Notes: a model not told the origin generated them from the letters alone. 64,000 nt of DNA from Candidatus Lustribacter sp. (GCA_965277805.1 OZ255842.1:3616001-3680000); one strand, 5' to 3'; shown: positions 18,238 through 28,227, counted from the first letter of the stretch. Program-made: numbers and translations.

Positions 18238-18251
18238 CGAACAAGCGTTTG
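18238..18251. promoter_or_regulatory. LexA (SOS) box 2
   Basis: CGAACAAGCGTTTG matches CGAACRNRYGTTYG. Confidence 0.85.
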
Positions 18252-18278
18252 GCACTATATCTAGGGAGTACACGAGAA

Positions 18279-18566
18279 ATGCGCGGAACGCCGAGAAAAC
18301 GATTCACCCTGATGCCGCTGATCGCGATCGCAGGCCTCAGCCTGGTGGTCACGCTGCCCGCACTCTCCGCCACTCAGCTCCACGCCGCCAAGCCGGTCAC
18401 GTACACGAACGTGACGGTCAAGTCGGGCGACAGCCTGTGGAATCTGGCCGACGATCGCACGCCCCGCGGCGGCGACGTCCAAGCGACGGTCGACGCAATC
18501 ATCGCCGTCAACCACCTCCACGGCGCCGAGATCGCCCCCGGCCAGCACCTCAGCATCCCCCAATAA
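18279..18566 (+). CDS. yneA: TM + LysM protein, YneA-like SOS division inhibitor
   Basis: Hydrophobic N-terminus then VTVKSGDSLWNLA...IAPGQHLSIP; divergent from lexA. Confidence 0.75.
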   Translation: MRGTPRKRFTLMPLIAIAGLSLVVTLPALSATQLHAAKPVTYTNVTVKSGDSLWNLADDRTPRGGDVQATVDAIIAVNHLHGAEIAPGQHLSIPQ

Positions 18567-18608
18567 CTTCGCCCTAGGGCACAAGCCGCGGTCGGACCGC
18601 CGGCCAGG

Positions 18609-18640
18609 AAAGGAGCCGTATCAAGCACGGCTCCTTTTTC
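18609..18640 (+). terminator. Rho-independent terminator
   Basis: AAAGGAGCCGT-atcaagc-ACGGCTCCTTTTTC. Confidence 0.85.
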
Positions 18641-18667
18641 TATTCGGTCGGCACTAAAAGGGCAACG

Positions 18668-18698
18668 TGCTCGGCACGGCGCTCCGCTCGGAATGACA
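18668..18698 (-). repeat. REP-like repeat, variant copy 4 (reverse orientation)
   Basis: Minus strand TGTCATTCCGAGCggagcgccgtgccgagca, similar to copy 3. Confidence 0.65.
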
Positions 18699-18727
18699 CG
18701 CATCTGGGCCACGCCTCTTTGGTCGCG

Positions 18728-19888
18728 CTATTTTGACCAAAGCTCCGCCGAGGCGAGTTTGGCGCCTTCGACGAGTGATTGGAATTTGGCCCAGACGATC
18801 GTCTCGTGGATTTCGGGGACGCCGCCGGGATTGGTGGCGAAGCCGCAGTCGCTGCCGGCGATCACGCGCTCTTTGCCGAGGGTGCGGGCGTAGCGGATGA
18901 TCCGTTGCGAGACGACTTCGGGGTGCTCGACCAGCGGGCTCGTGTGGGTGATCACGCCGGGAATAATGAGCGCGTCGTCGGGCAGCTTGGCCTCGCGCCA
19001 GAGCTTCCATTCATGTTCGTGCCGCGGGTTCGCGGCCTCGAACGAGAACGCGCCGGCCTTGACGCTCATCACGAGGTCGACGAAGTGCTTGAGTTCGAGA
19101 TCCGAGGTGCGCGGCCCGATGTTGATGCCGTAGCAGGTGTGGTAGCGGATCTTCTCCTTCGGGATATCGCGAACTGCATGGTTGAGCGCCTCGACGCGCA
19201 GCGTTCCCCATTTCACCACGTCCGCGACGGTTGAATTGGGATCGACCATGTAGTGCATGGCGAGGAACGGGTCGTCGAGCTGCAAGATGAAGCCCGCGTC
19301 GACGATAGCGTGATACTCGTGGCGCATTGCATCGGCGATCGCGAAAAGATACTCGTCGTCTTTTTTGTAGTAGCTGTTCTTCTGCCAGCCTTCGACGCTT
19401 GCCGGCGAGGCGCTCGGTACGAACACGTCCGCGACCGGCTTGCCGGCCGTGGCACGCTTGAGGTTCGCCAAGTCGCGCTTGAGCTGCGCGTCGCCCTTGT
19501 AGGTGATCGGCCCCGTGCAGATCACGCTGTCGACGTGACCGCCCGGACCGCGGTGCTCCGCGTAGTATTCCGGAAAGTTGAGCAGCTCGCGCGAGCCGGC
19601 AAACGGAACGCGCCCGGGCGGCGTCGGAAAGGGCTCGTAGCCGCCGAGCCGCTCGTTCAGATACGCGATAAAACCGGCCTTCGACTGCTCGCCATCATCG
19701 ACGACATCGATCCCGAGTGCGACTTGCTTTTCGACGATCGCATCGACCGCGTCGGCGACGGCCGCATCGTATTTCAAATCCGACACATCGACGCCGCGCG
19801 CCCGTTTCATTGCCAGATCGACCAGCGCGTCCGGCCGCGGCAAACTGCCGGTGTGCGTCGTGAGTATCCGTTCAGTGCTGCGTGTCAT
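18728..19888 (-). CDS. Cobalamin-independent methionine synthase II family protein
   Basis: THTGSLPRP, DGEQSK, HTCYG, AGSDCGF zinc ligands; single catalytic barrel. Confidence 0.85.
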   Translation of the reverse strand: MTRSTERILTTHTGSLPRPDALVDLAMKRARGVDVSDLKYDAAVADAVDAIVEKQVALGIDVVDDGEQSKAGFIAYLNERLGGYEPFPTPPGRVPFAGSRELLNFPEYYAEHRGPGGHVDSVICTGPITYKGDAQLKRDLANLKRATAGKPVADVFVPSASPASVEGWQKNSYYKKDDEYLFAIADAMRHEYHAIVDAGFILQLDDPFLAMHYMVDPNSTVADVVKWGTLRVEALNHAVRDIPKEKIRYHTCYGINIGPRTSDLELKHFVDLVMSVKAGAFSFEAANPRHEHEWKLWREAKLPDDALIIPGVITHTSPLVEHPEVVSQRIIRYARTLGKERVIAGSDCGFATNPGGVPEIHETIVWAKFQSLVEGAKLASAELWSK

Positions 19889-19897
19889 AACTCTGCT

Positions 19898-21079
19898 TCA
19901 TAGTAAATACCCGTGCGGACGGCTCGCTCGCACCCACGTGTGTTTCGCGGCGTCCCACTGCGCCATTTCCTCGGCGTTCTCGCCGATCCCGCGCTGTCCG
20001 CCGTCGCTCATGTCGTACACGCCGTCGATGCCGACCCACCCATGAAGATGGACCAGGTAATCGTGAATCGCCGCAGCACTCGCATCCGGGCCGAACTTAC
20101 GCAACGCATCGATCAGCATGATCGTCGGATCCCACGGCAAGTTGGTCGCGAAATCCGGGCGCACGCCGACGGCCTTGAGCGATTTTACATACGCCGCTTG
20201 CGCATCGCGAATGGGACCCGCCGGCGTGCCCTCCGGCGTCGACGCCAGCAAAGTCGGGAAGAATAACCGCTTCGGCAAGAACTTCTCATACGCCGCGAGC
20301 TGTGCGTAAATCAAGTTGGAGCTCGGAATCTGCACCGGCACGTCGAGTCCGGCATCGCTGATCGCGCGCAGCGCGGTCGCAACGGGCGTACCGGTCGTCC
20401 ACAACAGAATCGCATCGGGCTTCGCCGCCACGATGCGCGCGATCTGCGCGGACACGCTCACGTCGGCGGGACCGAAGCGTTCGCGCGCCACGAGTTGCAC
20501 GTCCTTGTTTTCCGGGAGCGCGAGCGTCTGCATCGTCTTTGCGTCGTAGTCCGAGCCGGTCGCATCGGTCGACGTGATCATCGCTAGCCGCTTCCAGCCG
20601 CGCAAGCGGAAGTTGCGCACGCCGACGTTGATGATGTCGCTCGCGCCCGTACTCGCCGAGAAGACGTAGCCGAACGGCGTCGTCTTCACGAGCGGCGAGA
20701 GACAGTAATCGACCGGTCCGGCCTTGTCGACCAGCGGAACGGAGGCGTTGCACACCGTGCTCGGTCCGCCGTCGATGAACAGCGCATCGTGTTTGGCGAT
20801 GAAGCCGTTCACGATCTGCACGCCGAGTTGCGCCGACGTCTGCGAATCGACGGTGGCGATCTTGAGCGGCCGCCCGCGAATGCCGCCGGTCTCGTTGGTG
20901 AGAATTTCGATAGCGCGAAACGCATTGATATACGCCGTCGCCAGAAACGCCCCGCCGCCCGTGCTCGGCACGATCGCATCGATCACGACCGGCGCGCCGG
21001 ACACGCCGGGAGCGCCGGCGCCCAACAGCCCAACGACCAGACCAACCACGCCAAACCGGTATAGTCTCTGTACTATCAT
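19898..21079 (-). CDS. ABC substrate-binding protein, branched-chain (LivK-like) type
   Basis: Signal peptide; NETGGIRGRPL, DVSVSAQIARI..AKPDAI. Confidence 0.85.
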   Translation of the reverse strand: MIVQRLYRFGVVGLVVGLLGAGAPGVSGAPVVIDAIVPSTGGGAFLATAYINAFRAIEILTNETGGIRGRPLKIATVDSQTSAQLGVQIVNGFIAKHDALFIDGGPSTVCNASVPLVDKAGPVDYCLSPLVKTTPFGYVFSASTGASDIINVGVRNFRLRGWKRLAMITSTDATGSDYDAKTMQTLALPENKDVQLVARERFGPADVSVSAQIARIVAAKPDAILLWTTGTPVATALRAISDAGLDVPVQIPSSNLIYAQLAAYEKFLPKRLFFPTLLASTPEGTPAGPIRDAQAAYVKSLKAVGVRPDFATNLPWDPTIMLIDALRKFGPDASAAAIHDYLVHLHGWVGIDGVYDMSDGGQRGIGENAEEMAQWDAAKHTWVRASRPHGYLL

Positions 21080-21109
21080 GGTCCGACATATATCGCATCA
21101 CCCGGCATT

Positions 21110-21163
21110 TGTCATCCCGAGCTCGTCGCTGTCATTCCGAGCTGGTCGAGGGACCGCCACCAG
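21110..21163 (+). repeat. REP-like repeat, tandem partial + full copies (5/6)
   Basis: TGTCATCCCGAGCTCGTCG-c-TGTCATTCCGAGCTGGTCGAGGGACCGCCACCAG. Confidence 0.85.
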
Positions 21164-21171
21164 CCGCGTTT

Positions 21172-21657
21172 TTAGCGGAGGATCTCCACCAGCAGCACCC
21201 AGGAGTTGAGGAAGGCGACGATGATGGCGATGAGCATCGAGAAGGCCAGCGCGTACAGGCCGGCCTCGACGCCGAAGCAGAGGGCGATCGCGCCGGCCAA
21301 CGCGGGCAGCGCGGCAAGCTGGACGATGAACGCGCTTAGCCGCGTACCCGAAGCGTACGCTTTCGGCGCGCGCGAGGCCGCGATCGTGAGCCGGACGGTG
21401 AACACGAAGGCGATGGCGGTCGTCACGAACTCTTCGGCTCCGGTGGCAAACGTCGGCTGATGCGGCCAGAGCCCAATCAGCGCTTCAATCACCGAGCCGA
21501 GAAGCAGCACGATCGTTACACCGGCACGCGGCGGCAACCACGGCTGTTTGATGATGCTTTCGATGTTGATCGATAGCGCGACGAAGAGCAGGCCGGCGAG
21601 CGCGGCGCCCGCGCCGGCCTGCGCTACGAAGAAGTCGTGCCACCCTTCCAGTTCCAA
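21172..21657 (-). CDS. Conserved small membrane protein
   Basis: GWHDFFVAQAGAGAALAGLLFVALSIN...NSWVLLVEILR; TTG start assumed. Confidence 0.75.
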   Translation of the reverse strand: MELEGWHDFFVAQAGAGAALAGLLFVALSINIESIIKQPWLPPRAGVTIVLLLGSVIEALIGLWPHQPTFATGAEEFVTTAIAFVFTVRLTIAASRAPKAYASGTRLSAFIVQLAALPALAGAIALCFGVEAGLYALAFSMLIAIIVAFLNSWVLLVEILR

Positions 21658-21667
21658 CCGCCATGCC

Positions 21668-22567
21668 TCAAAAGCCGTAACCCGTGACTTGTTCGGCGAC
21701 GGCGACCAGGTTGAGGTGATTGGCCGGCCCGTCGATTCCATACAACTCTACCACGTACGGCGTAGCGGACGGCGCGGCGACGGTGGTGAGCGGCACGACG
21801 GTCCCGGTCGCGATGCCGATACCGTCGTAGAATGAGGTGGGTGCGGCCGCGAGGGCCGACGTTACCGCCGGGTTGACCACCGCCGCGCTCACCGCCGAGA
21901 CCACCGGCGCCGCGACGCTCGATGCGCCCGTAAGCGTCGCCGGAACGCCGCCGGCAACGTCGCCGAAGCCGACCGATTTGAGTGGGGTTGTCGCGCTGAA
22001 TGCGGGCGCCGCGTTCTGCGAGATCGCCTCGGCGCCGGCGGGCGCGGAGACGAAGCTCGGCTCGCCGTACACGTAGAGTCCGAGCGTATGCGTCGCCGCC
22101 GTTCCACCGAGCACGATCGTCTCTCGCGCCGCGTTTCCGTTCACGCCCGGTGCGATCGTCGTTACTGCGATCGCTGAGGTCCCGAAGTAGGGTCCCGGCG
22201 CGGTCGCACACTCGGAACCCGCGGGTCCGGCGAACGCGCCGAGCGCCGGATAAACCGCCACCGTATGGCTGATGCCTCCGCCGACGGCGTAGAGACTCGT
22301 CGATGCGCTGCCGTACGAAACCGACGGCGTGGTGACGAGCAAGGGCGTCTGATCGATGCAGACGTCGGCCGATGCATAGTCCGGCGAGCCCTCCACGAAC
22401 CGCAAGAGCGCGGTGCTCGTTCCACCGGGCTGATAGGTGCCGCTCGATCCGCCGGCATTGTTCGGCGTTCCCGCAAACGGCAACGCGGTACCGTTTCCAC
22501 CCGAACACGCCGTAGCCGTGAGGGCGAATGCGGCCAGCGCCGCCAGACGCGCGAAATGATGCTTCAT
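21668..22567 (-). CDS. Lipoprotein (DUF4397-like beta-rich)
   Basis: Lipobox ATAC; LRFVEGSPDYASADV. Confidence 0.7.
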   Translation of the reverse strand: MKHHFARLAALAAFALTATACSGGNGTALPFAGTPNNAGGSSGTYQPGGTSTALLRFVEGSPDYASADVCIDQTPLLVTTPSVSYGSASTSLYAVGGGISHTVAVYPALGAFAGPAGSECATAPGPYFGTSAIAVTTIAPGVNGNAARETIVLGGTAATHTLGLYVYGEPSFVSAPAGAEAISQNAAPAFSATTPLKSVGFGDVAGGVPATLTGASSVAAPVVSAVSAAVVNPAVTSALAAAPTSFYDGIGIATGTVVPLTTVAAPSATPYVVELYGIDGPANHLNLVAVAEQVTGYGF

Positions 22568-22583
22568 CACTGCGGTGACCTCT

Positions 22584-25196
22584 CTAGAATCGGACCGCGA
22601 AGTCGACCGCTTCACGATTTTGGCTATAGTTGAACGCCGGCACGACGTAGTCGGTGTACTGCTGGTTGCCGAAGAGCACGCCGATGGATTGCGTCGTGCG
22701 CGGAATCGTGTAATTCAAACTCGCCGATGCGTCGTTCTTGTGCTGCGCGATATTTTGACCGAGCGTCGTACCGTACGAGCCGTGATAGGTCTGCATGTCG
22801 TACACCGCATTGAAGGTGAGATGACGCGTGAGTGGGACCGACACCGACGGCGCGATCGTGCCGTGATACTCATCGACGAAGTTCGGATAGAACAGCACCG
22901 GCGTGGCGCCGCCCGCGAGGTAAGCGTTGTCCGCCGCACTGGCAGCAGAATCGGCGCTGCCGCTCGCGAGATTGAACGGCACGTAGGCATACGCGGTCTG
23001 GTCGCGGCGCGAGAGGTGTTCGGTGCCGATCGTCAAGTTCGCAGTGGCGCGCGAGCCGTGCAGCGGCAGGCCGAGCTGGAAACCACCCTCGAGTTTATCG
23101 AACTTCGCCGCCGTGCCGGATGCGAAACCCGGACCGTAGGTGATCTGTCCGAACGCATCGGGCGTTATCTCGGAGAGCCGTTGCGCGCGAACGAACACCG
23201 AGTTGCCCCACACCGCGTTGCCGATCGGAATCGTCAGCTCGCCGGAGAAGCCGCGCGTATTGGGCGCGTAATTGCTGAAGAATTCCGGTCCGCTGGCGGC
23301 AAACGGATTGAAGACCGGATAGATATAGGTCAATGCCGGATTGCGGCTCGTGCACGCGGTGGTGCAGCCGGGCGTCACGGCGCCGTCGAACGTTTGATTG
23401 ATGGCGAGGTTGTTCGCGAAGCCGAAGAAGCCGGGCATGAAGGTGCCGCGCCACCCGGCGAACGTTGCCGGCGCGGGCCCGAGATATTCGAGCGGTCCGC
23501 CGTCGAGGAAGTTTGCGCCCACGGCCTGATACTGAACGGTCGCACGCGCGCCGAACGCGCGCAGGCGCAGTCCTAGTACCGCGGCACTATCGGTAACCGG
23601 AGCGAGGTTGAACGCATCGGGCGTGTACTTGCTGTAGGCACCTTCGGCGTAGAGCACCGGCTGCACCGCGCGCACGACACCCGCCGGGACGAACGTAAGC
23701 GGAATGCGCGCGTCCACACCCATGACCGTGTCGCTGAGCGCGCCGTAGCCATTGCCGAAGTACGTGGGAACGGTCGGCGAGGTGCCGGCGTCGACGATGC
23801 GGCTGAGCGAGAAGCCGACTTCGGTGCCGGGCAGCAGCGGAATTTCTTGGTTCACGCGCGCGGTGAAATGCTCGCGCGTGTAGCCGAATTGCGATGGGCC
23901 GGCACTACTCCCGGTGCCGGCGCCGGTGTTGTACGAGACTTGGACGATCGAGCCGGCGGGCAGCGGCGCTTGAAAGACGACCTGGTTCGTTTGATCGATG
24001 TAATACCAGGTGCCGGGGCGGATCGGGCACGGCGCACCGCCGGGCGTGAGACCGGCCGGCGTGCAGACGGTGCCGTTGACCGCCGAGATGTAGACGCTGC
24101 CGATCGCCGCCTTCTGGCTCAGATAGAGCGAGGGAACGGGGCCGGCACTAGCCGTGTACGTATCGGTGTGCACCGTCCCCGTCAGCGCCGTCGCCGCGCC
24201 GCTTTGAAAGTAGCTCGACTGACCGGGCGTGACGGTCAAGAAGTAGTTGTTGTAGGGCGCGCCCGGAAACGTGTCGACCATCGACTGATCGATCGTCGAC
24301 CACGCAACTTGAAACTGCGTCGTTCGGCCGAGCCGGCCCCCGAGTTCGATGCCGTTTTCATACGGCTGCGCGGGATTTTGGAAATCGCCGCCCTGCTTCG
24401 TGGCATCGGGCGCGCTGTAGGTGAGGCCGAGGCGCGATGATGCGAGATTGTCGAGCTGTCCGCCGCGCACGTAGAAGTCGTGCAGCCCGGCGAAGTGCCC
24501 CACGTTCAGGACGAGCGCCGGCTCGAAGACGTAACCGCCGGGCGAGGTGAACGGACTATCGTACTGCTGCACGTGGATCGGCAGCGAAAGCGCGACGTTT
24601 TCGTTGAAAGCGTACGTCGGGCTGACCTTCGTATCGAAACGCAGGACGTTCGTATTCGGCTGGTGGTCGAAGGGATCGTTATCGGCCGGGCTCGTCAAGT
24701 AGGCGTTGATGAACGGGTCGAGATCGGTCCCCGTCATTGCCGGATGCAGGATCACATCTCGGAACGACTGGTCCGCGACCACCGCGCCTTGCACGGAGAA
24801 ACCTTGCTGCGAGGGCCGCTGACCGGCCGGCAGCAACGCGTCGCTCACCGACGTGATGCGAACGCCGATCAGCACGAGTTCGTAGCGGTAGTCGTCTGCG
24901 AGACGCTGCAGGCGCGCGAGATCCGCACGCGAGACATTGCCGGCGCGCCGAGCTTTGGCGATCGCGCGCGCGATCAGCTTCGCCACGTCGGCCCGCGTGC
25001 GCGGACGATCGCCGCGAAATGCGTGATCGGGATAGCCGTCGAGCAGACCGTCGGCGGCCAGTTTGTCGATCGCCGCGTACGTCCACGGTTCGGGAATTTC
25101 GTACGAGGGCGCCGCGGCTGCGGTCAGCGTTGCGGCGCCGAACAGCGCGGCCGAAACGGACGCTGCGCTGATGAGGGAAGCGATGCGGTTGATCAT
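22584..25196 (-). CDS. SLH-domain outer-membrane protein, OmpM/SlpA-like, unusually long
   Basis: Signal peptide; SLH WTYAAIDKLAADGLLDGYPDHAFRG; helical linker; amphipathic strands; C-terminal ...AVDFAVRF. Confidence 0.75.
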   Translation of the reverse strand: MINRIASLISAASVSAALFGAATLTAAAAPSYEIPEPWTYAAIDKLAADGLLDGYPDHAFRGDRPRTRADVAKLIARAIAKARRAGNVSRADLARLQRLADDYRYELVLIGVRITSVSDALLPAGQRPSQQGFSVQGAVVADQSFRDVILHPAMTGTDLDPFINAYLTSPADNDPFDHQPNTNVLRFDTKVSPTYAFNENVALSLPIHVQQYDSPFTSPGGYVFEPALVLNVGHFAGLHDFYVRGGQLDNLASSRLGLTYSAPDATKQGGDFQNPAQPYENGIELGGRLGRTTQFQVAWSTIDQSMVDTFPGAPYNNYFLTVTPGQSSYFQSGAATALTGTVHTDTYTASAGPVPSLYLSQKAAIGSVYISAVNGTVCTPAGLTPGGAPCPIRPGTWYYIDQTNQVVFQAPLPAGSIVQVSYNTGAGTGSSAGPSQFGYTREHFTARVNQEIPLLPGTEVGFSLSRIVDAGTSPTVPTYFGNGYGALSDTVMGVDARIPLTFVPAGVVRAVQPVLYAEGAYSKYTPDAFNLAPVTDSAAVLGLRLRAFGARATVQYQAVGANFLDGGPLEYLGPAPATFAGWRGTFMPGFFGFANNLAINQTFDGAVTPGCTTACTSRNPALTYIYPVFNPFAASGPEFFSNYAPNTRGFSGELTIPIGNAVWGNSVFVRAQRLSEITPDAFGQITYGPGFASGTAAKFDKLEGGFQLGLPLHGSRATANLTIGTEHLSRRDQTAYAYVPFNLASGSADSAASAADNAYLAGGATPVLFYPNFVDEYHGTIAPSVSVPLTRHLTFNAVYDMQTYHGSYGTTLGQNIAQHKNDASASLNYTIPRTTQSIGVLFGNQQYTDYVVPAFNYSQNREAVDFAVRF

Positions 25197-25205
25197 GGTC
25201 TCCCC

Positions 25206-25805
25206 TTACTGCAGCGGGTTTTGCGGATCGGTAACCGCAACGGTGATGGAGCCGCCGGCGCCGGTGGTCGCCGGGGTCGTATTACCGATGACGACGTTGG
25301 CGGTAACCGTCACGCAGTACGGATATGTCGTCGTAAGCGTTGAGCCGGCGGGCGCCGGAATCGTGGGCGGCGGGCTGAACAGCACGTTCGCTTCGTTGGT
25401 CGGATCGATCGTGATGTAGATCGAGAAGTCGGTCGTGTACGGCGTCGTGACGCCGCCCGTCGTCCTCGTAATCGTCGCGCATGCTCGCGTATCGCCGGCT
25501 GCATCGTAGGCGTACGTTCCGCCCGAGACGAGCGTCGCGCTCCAGAGGAACCGGTTGTTGCTGAGGATGCCGTTCGTTGATCCCGCCGTCGCGACCGCAG
25601 CGAGTGCGAGGCTGCCGCCGGGAACGACTCGCGCAACATTGACCGGCGCGGCAACGCTGACGGAGACGTTGCTCGGCGTTTGATTCGATGTGGTGCTTAG
25701 CACTGCGCCGCCGTTGCCGCACGCACTCAGCGCGCCAACAGCAAACGCTGCAGCTACCCATAACATGAAGCGATGCATACGGGCCCGCCGGTTCGCATGC
25801 ATCAT
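25206..25805 (-). CDS. Lipoprotein, Thr-rich
   Basis: Lipobox LSAC; SD AAAGGAG. Confidence 0.75.
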   Translation of the reverse strand: MMHANRRARMHRFMLWVAAAFAVGALSACGNGGAVLSTTSNQTPSNVSVSVAAPVNVARVVPGGSLALAAVATAGSTNGILSNNRFLWSATLVSGGTYAYDAAGDTRACATITRTTGGVTTPYTTDFSIYITIDPTNEANVLFSPPPTIPAPAGSTLTTTYPYCVTVTANVVIGNTTPATTGAGGSITVAVTDPQNPLQ

Positions 25806-25810
25806 CTGCG

Positions 25811-25852
25811 CTCCTTTCGATTTTTTGAAAGGAGAATATCCGACTTTTCGGA
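25811..25852 (-). promoter_or_regulatory. Tandem 5'-UTR hairpins, one masking the SD
   Basis: mRNA: TCCGA-aaag-TCGGA then CTCCTTTC-aaaaaatc-GAAAGGAG-cgcag-ATG. Confidence 0.5.
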
Positions 25853-25885
25853 GTATGCGGAGAGCGCTGCCGGGCGCTCGCCTGC

Positions 25886-26098
25886 TTAATTCGACTTCGA
25901 GACGATCACTAAACTATGGCCGTCGTGGCGTTCGAGAAACTCCATGCCGTCCATAATCCACGTGTCGAGGCCGCCACTCACGTGCTTGAGCACTTCACGC
26001 ACGAGGTGACGGCGATTGCGCAGCCACGTCAGCTCCGTGCGCGTCGTTGCGAGCCACACGGCTTCCTCGCACTCCTCGCACTGATACCCGACGCGCAC
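25886..26098 (-). CDS. Small CxxC protein (70 aa), putative zinc-binding
   Basis: YQCEECEE...ERHDGH; 2 nt after sucD stop. Confidence 0.7.
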   Translation of the reverse strand: MRVGYQCEECEEAVWLATTRTELTWLRNRRHLVREVLKHVSGGLDTWIMDGMEFLERHDGHSLVIVSKSN

Positions 26099-26100
26099 GC

Positions 26101-26982
26101 CTACGCGCGAACGGTTTTGAGACGTTCGGCGAGCAGCTTCGGAATGTCCGACGGACGGTCGGCAACGGGCGCGCCGATCGCTTCGAACGCTTTGACCTTG
26201 CTCTCCGGCGTGCCGGTGTTGCCCGAGATAATCGCGCCGGCGTGACCCAGCCGCGCACCCTTCGGAGCCGAGCGGCCGCCGATGAACGCGACGACCGGCT
26301 TGTTCGGCATGTGCTTGCCGATGAATTCCGCCGCCGCTTCTTCCGCCGCGCCGCCGATTTCGCCGGCCACGACGACCGCGTGCGTTTCCGGATCGTTGGC
26401 GAACTCGCGCAGGCAGTCGACGAACGACGTGCCGATGATCGTATCGCCGCCGATGCCGACGCAGGTCGACTGACCGAGGCCCGCGCGCGTGAGACCGTCG
26501 ACGATTTCATACGTCAGCGTTCCCGAACGCGAGATCATCCCGACGTTACCGGCCTTGAACACTTGGCTCGGCATGATGCCGACGAGCGACTTGCCGGGCG
26601 AAATCACGCCCGGGCAATTGGGCCCGATGATGCGCATGCCTTTGGTCGTCGCGACGACCTTGAGCATCTCGTGCACCGGAATGCCCTCGGTGATGCACAC
26701 CGCGAACTCGATGCCCGCATCGTAGGCTTCATAGAGCGCATCGGAGCCGGCCTGCGGCGGAACGAAGATGATCGAGTGCGTGGCACCGGTCGCGTCGACC
26801 GCATCTTTGACCGTGTTGAACACCGGCTGACCGGTCTCGATCTTGGTGCCGCCCTTGCCGGGCGTGACGCCGCCGACGATGTTCGTGCCGTACGCGATCA
26901 TCTTTTGCGTGTGGAAGAGGCCTTCGCGGCCGGTGATCCCTTGAACGATCACCTTAGAGTTCTTATCGAGGAAGATCGCCAC
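26101..26982 (-). CDS. sucD: Succinyl-CoA synthetase alpha
   Basis: [26 protein letters not shown]. Confidence 0.97.
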   Translation of the reverse strand: MAIFLDKNSKVIVQGITGREGLFHTQKMIAYGTNIVGGVTPGKGGTKIETGQPVFNTVKDAVDATGATHSIIFVPPQAGSDALYEAYDAGIEFAVCITEGIPVHEMLKVVATTKGMRIIGPNCPGVISPGKSLVGIMPSQVFKAGNVGMISRSGTLTYEIVDGLTRAGLGQSTCVGIGGDTIIGTSFVDCLREFANDPETHAVVVAGEIGGAAEEAAAEFIGKHMPNKPVVAFIGGRSAPKGARLGHAGAIISGNTGTPESKVKAFEAIGAPVADRPSDIPKLLAERLKTVRA

Positions 26983-26984
26983 GG

Positions 26985-28175
26985 CTACTTCGCACCTTTC
27001 GTGAGCGCGACAGCTTTGGCCGCACCTTCATCCATCGTTTCGACCGGATAGAATCCGGCGTCGGCCAAAATCTTGCGGCCCTCTTCAGCGTTCGTGCCGG
27101 TCAAGCGAATGACCATCGGCACCTTACGCACGTCGTCGCCCTTGAGCGCATCGACGATGCCGAGCGCAACTTGATCGCCGCGCGTGATCCCGCCGAAGAT
27201 GTTGATGAACATCGCCTTGACCCGCGGATCGCTCGTGACGAGGTTGTAGCTCTTTTTCACGAGGTCGGCTTGCGCGCCGCCGCCGATATCGAGGAAGTTC
27301 GTCGCGCCGCCGCCGGCGTTTTTGACCGCGTCCATCGTGCCCATGCCGAGGCCGGCACCGTTCGCGATCGTGCCGATTTCTTTGGCCGGCTCGCCCGCTT
27401 CATCGAGCAGTTTCTTATAGTTGAACATGCCGAGCCCGATCGCGAGCGCGGCTTCCTGATCCTCATCCGACGGTGCGGCTTTGTTCCAGGCCTGCACGTC
27501 GGGATGTTTCCAGAGGCCGTTGTCGTCGAGGTCGACCTTCGCATCGGCCGCGATCACGGTGCCTTCTTTGGTGAGGACGAGCGGGTTGATCTCGAGCAAG
27601 TTCGCGCCGTACGTCATGAACAGTTCGTAGAGTCCGGCGCAAATTTTCGGGAACGTCTTGCCGTAACCGGCCGGCAGCCCCGCGGCGAAGAACAGCGAGC
27701 GCGCGATGTAGGGCGAGAAGCCGATCGCCGGATCGACTTCGTACTTCACGATCGCATCCGGATCGTGCTCGGCGACTTCTTCGACGTCCATGCCGCCCTT
27801 GGCGCTGCAGATGAACACCGGCCGGCGCGCGTCGCGATCGACCGTGATCGAGATGTACGCCTCGCTCTCGATGTTCGTCTTCTCTTCGACCAGCAGCGAC
27901 TTCACCGTCTCCCCGTCGGGATTTTGAATCGAGACGAGGTGCTTGCCGATCAATTCTTTCGCGAGCGTTTCGCCTTCAGCGGCAGTGTCGGCGAATTTGA
28001 TGCCGCCCGCTTTGCCGCGGCCGCCCATCATGACTTGGCTCTTGAGGACCCACGAACCGGGGTTCTTCTCGATGAACGCCTTGACTTCGGCGGGCGTGGT
28101 GGCAAAGACGCCGTTCGGGGTCGGGATACCGACGCGCCGGAACAGGTCCTTGCCCTGATATTCGATCAATTTCAT
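26985..28175 (-). CDS. sucC: Succinyl-CoA synthetase beta
   Basis: EYQGK, GGRGKAGG, EINPL, NGAGL, NIFGGI. Confidence 0.97.
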   Translation of the reverse strand: MKLIEYQGKDLFRRVGIPTPNGVFATTPAEVKAFIEKNPGSWVLKSQVMMGGRGKAGGIKFADTAAEGETLAKELIGKHLVSIQNPDGETVKSLLVEEKTNIESEAYISITVDRDARRPVFICSAKGGMDVEEVAEHDPDAIVKYEVDPAIGFSPYIARSLFFAAGLPAGYGKTFPKICAGLYELFMTYGANLLEINPLVLTKEGTVIAADAKVDLDDNGLWKHPDVQAWNKAAPSDEDQEAALAIGLGMFNYKKLLDEAGEPAKEIGTIANGAGLGMGTMDAVKNAGGGATNFLDIGGGAQADLVKKSYNLVTSDPRVKAMFINIFGGITRGDQVALGIVDALKGDDVRKVPMVIRLTGTNAEEGRKILADAGFYPVETMDEGAAKAVALTKGAK

Positions 28176-28227
28176 GGCCCGAGTCGGTTCCCCGGACGTC
28201 CCGGCGCACCCTGGACGACTTAGGTCG

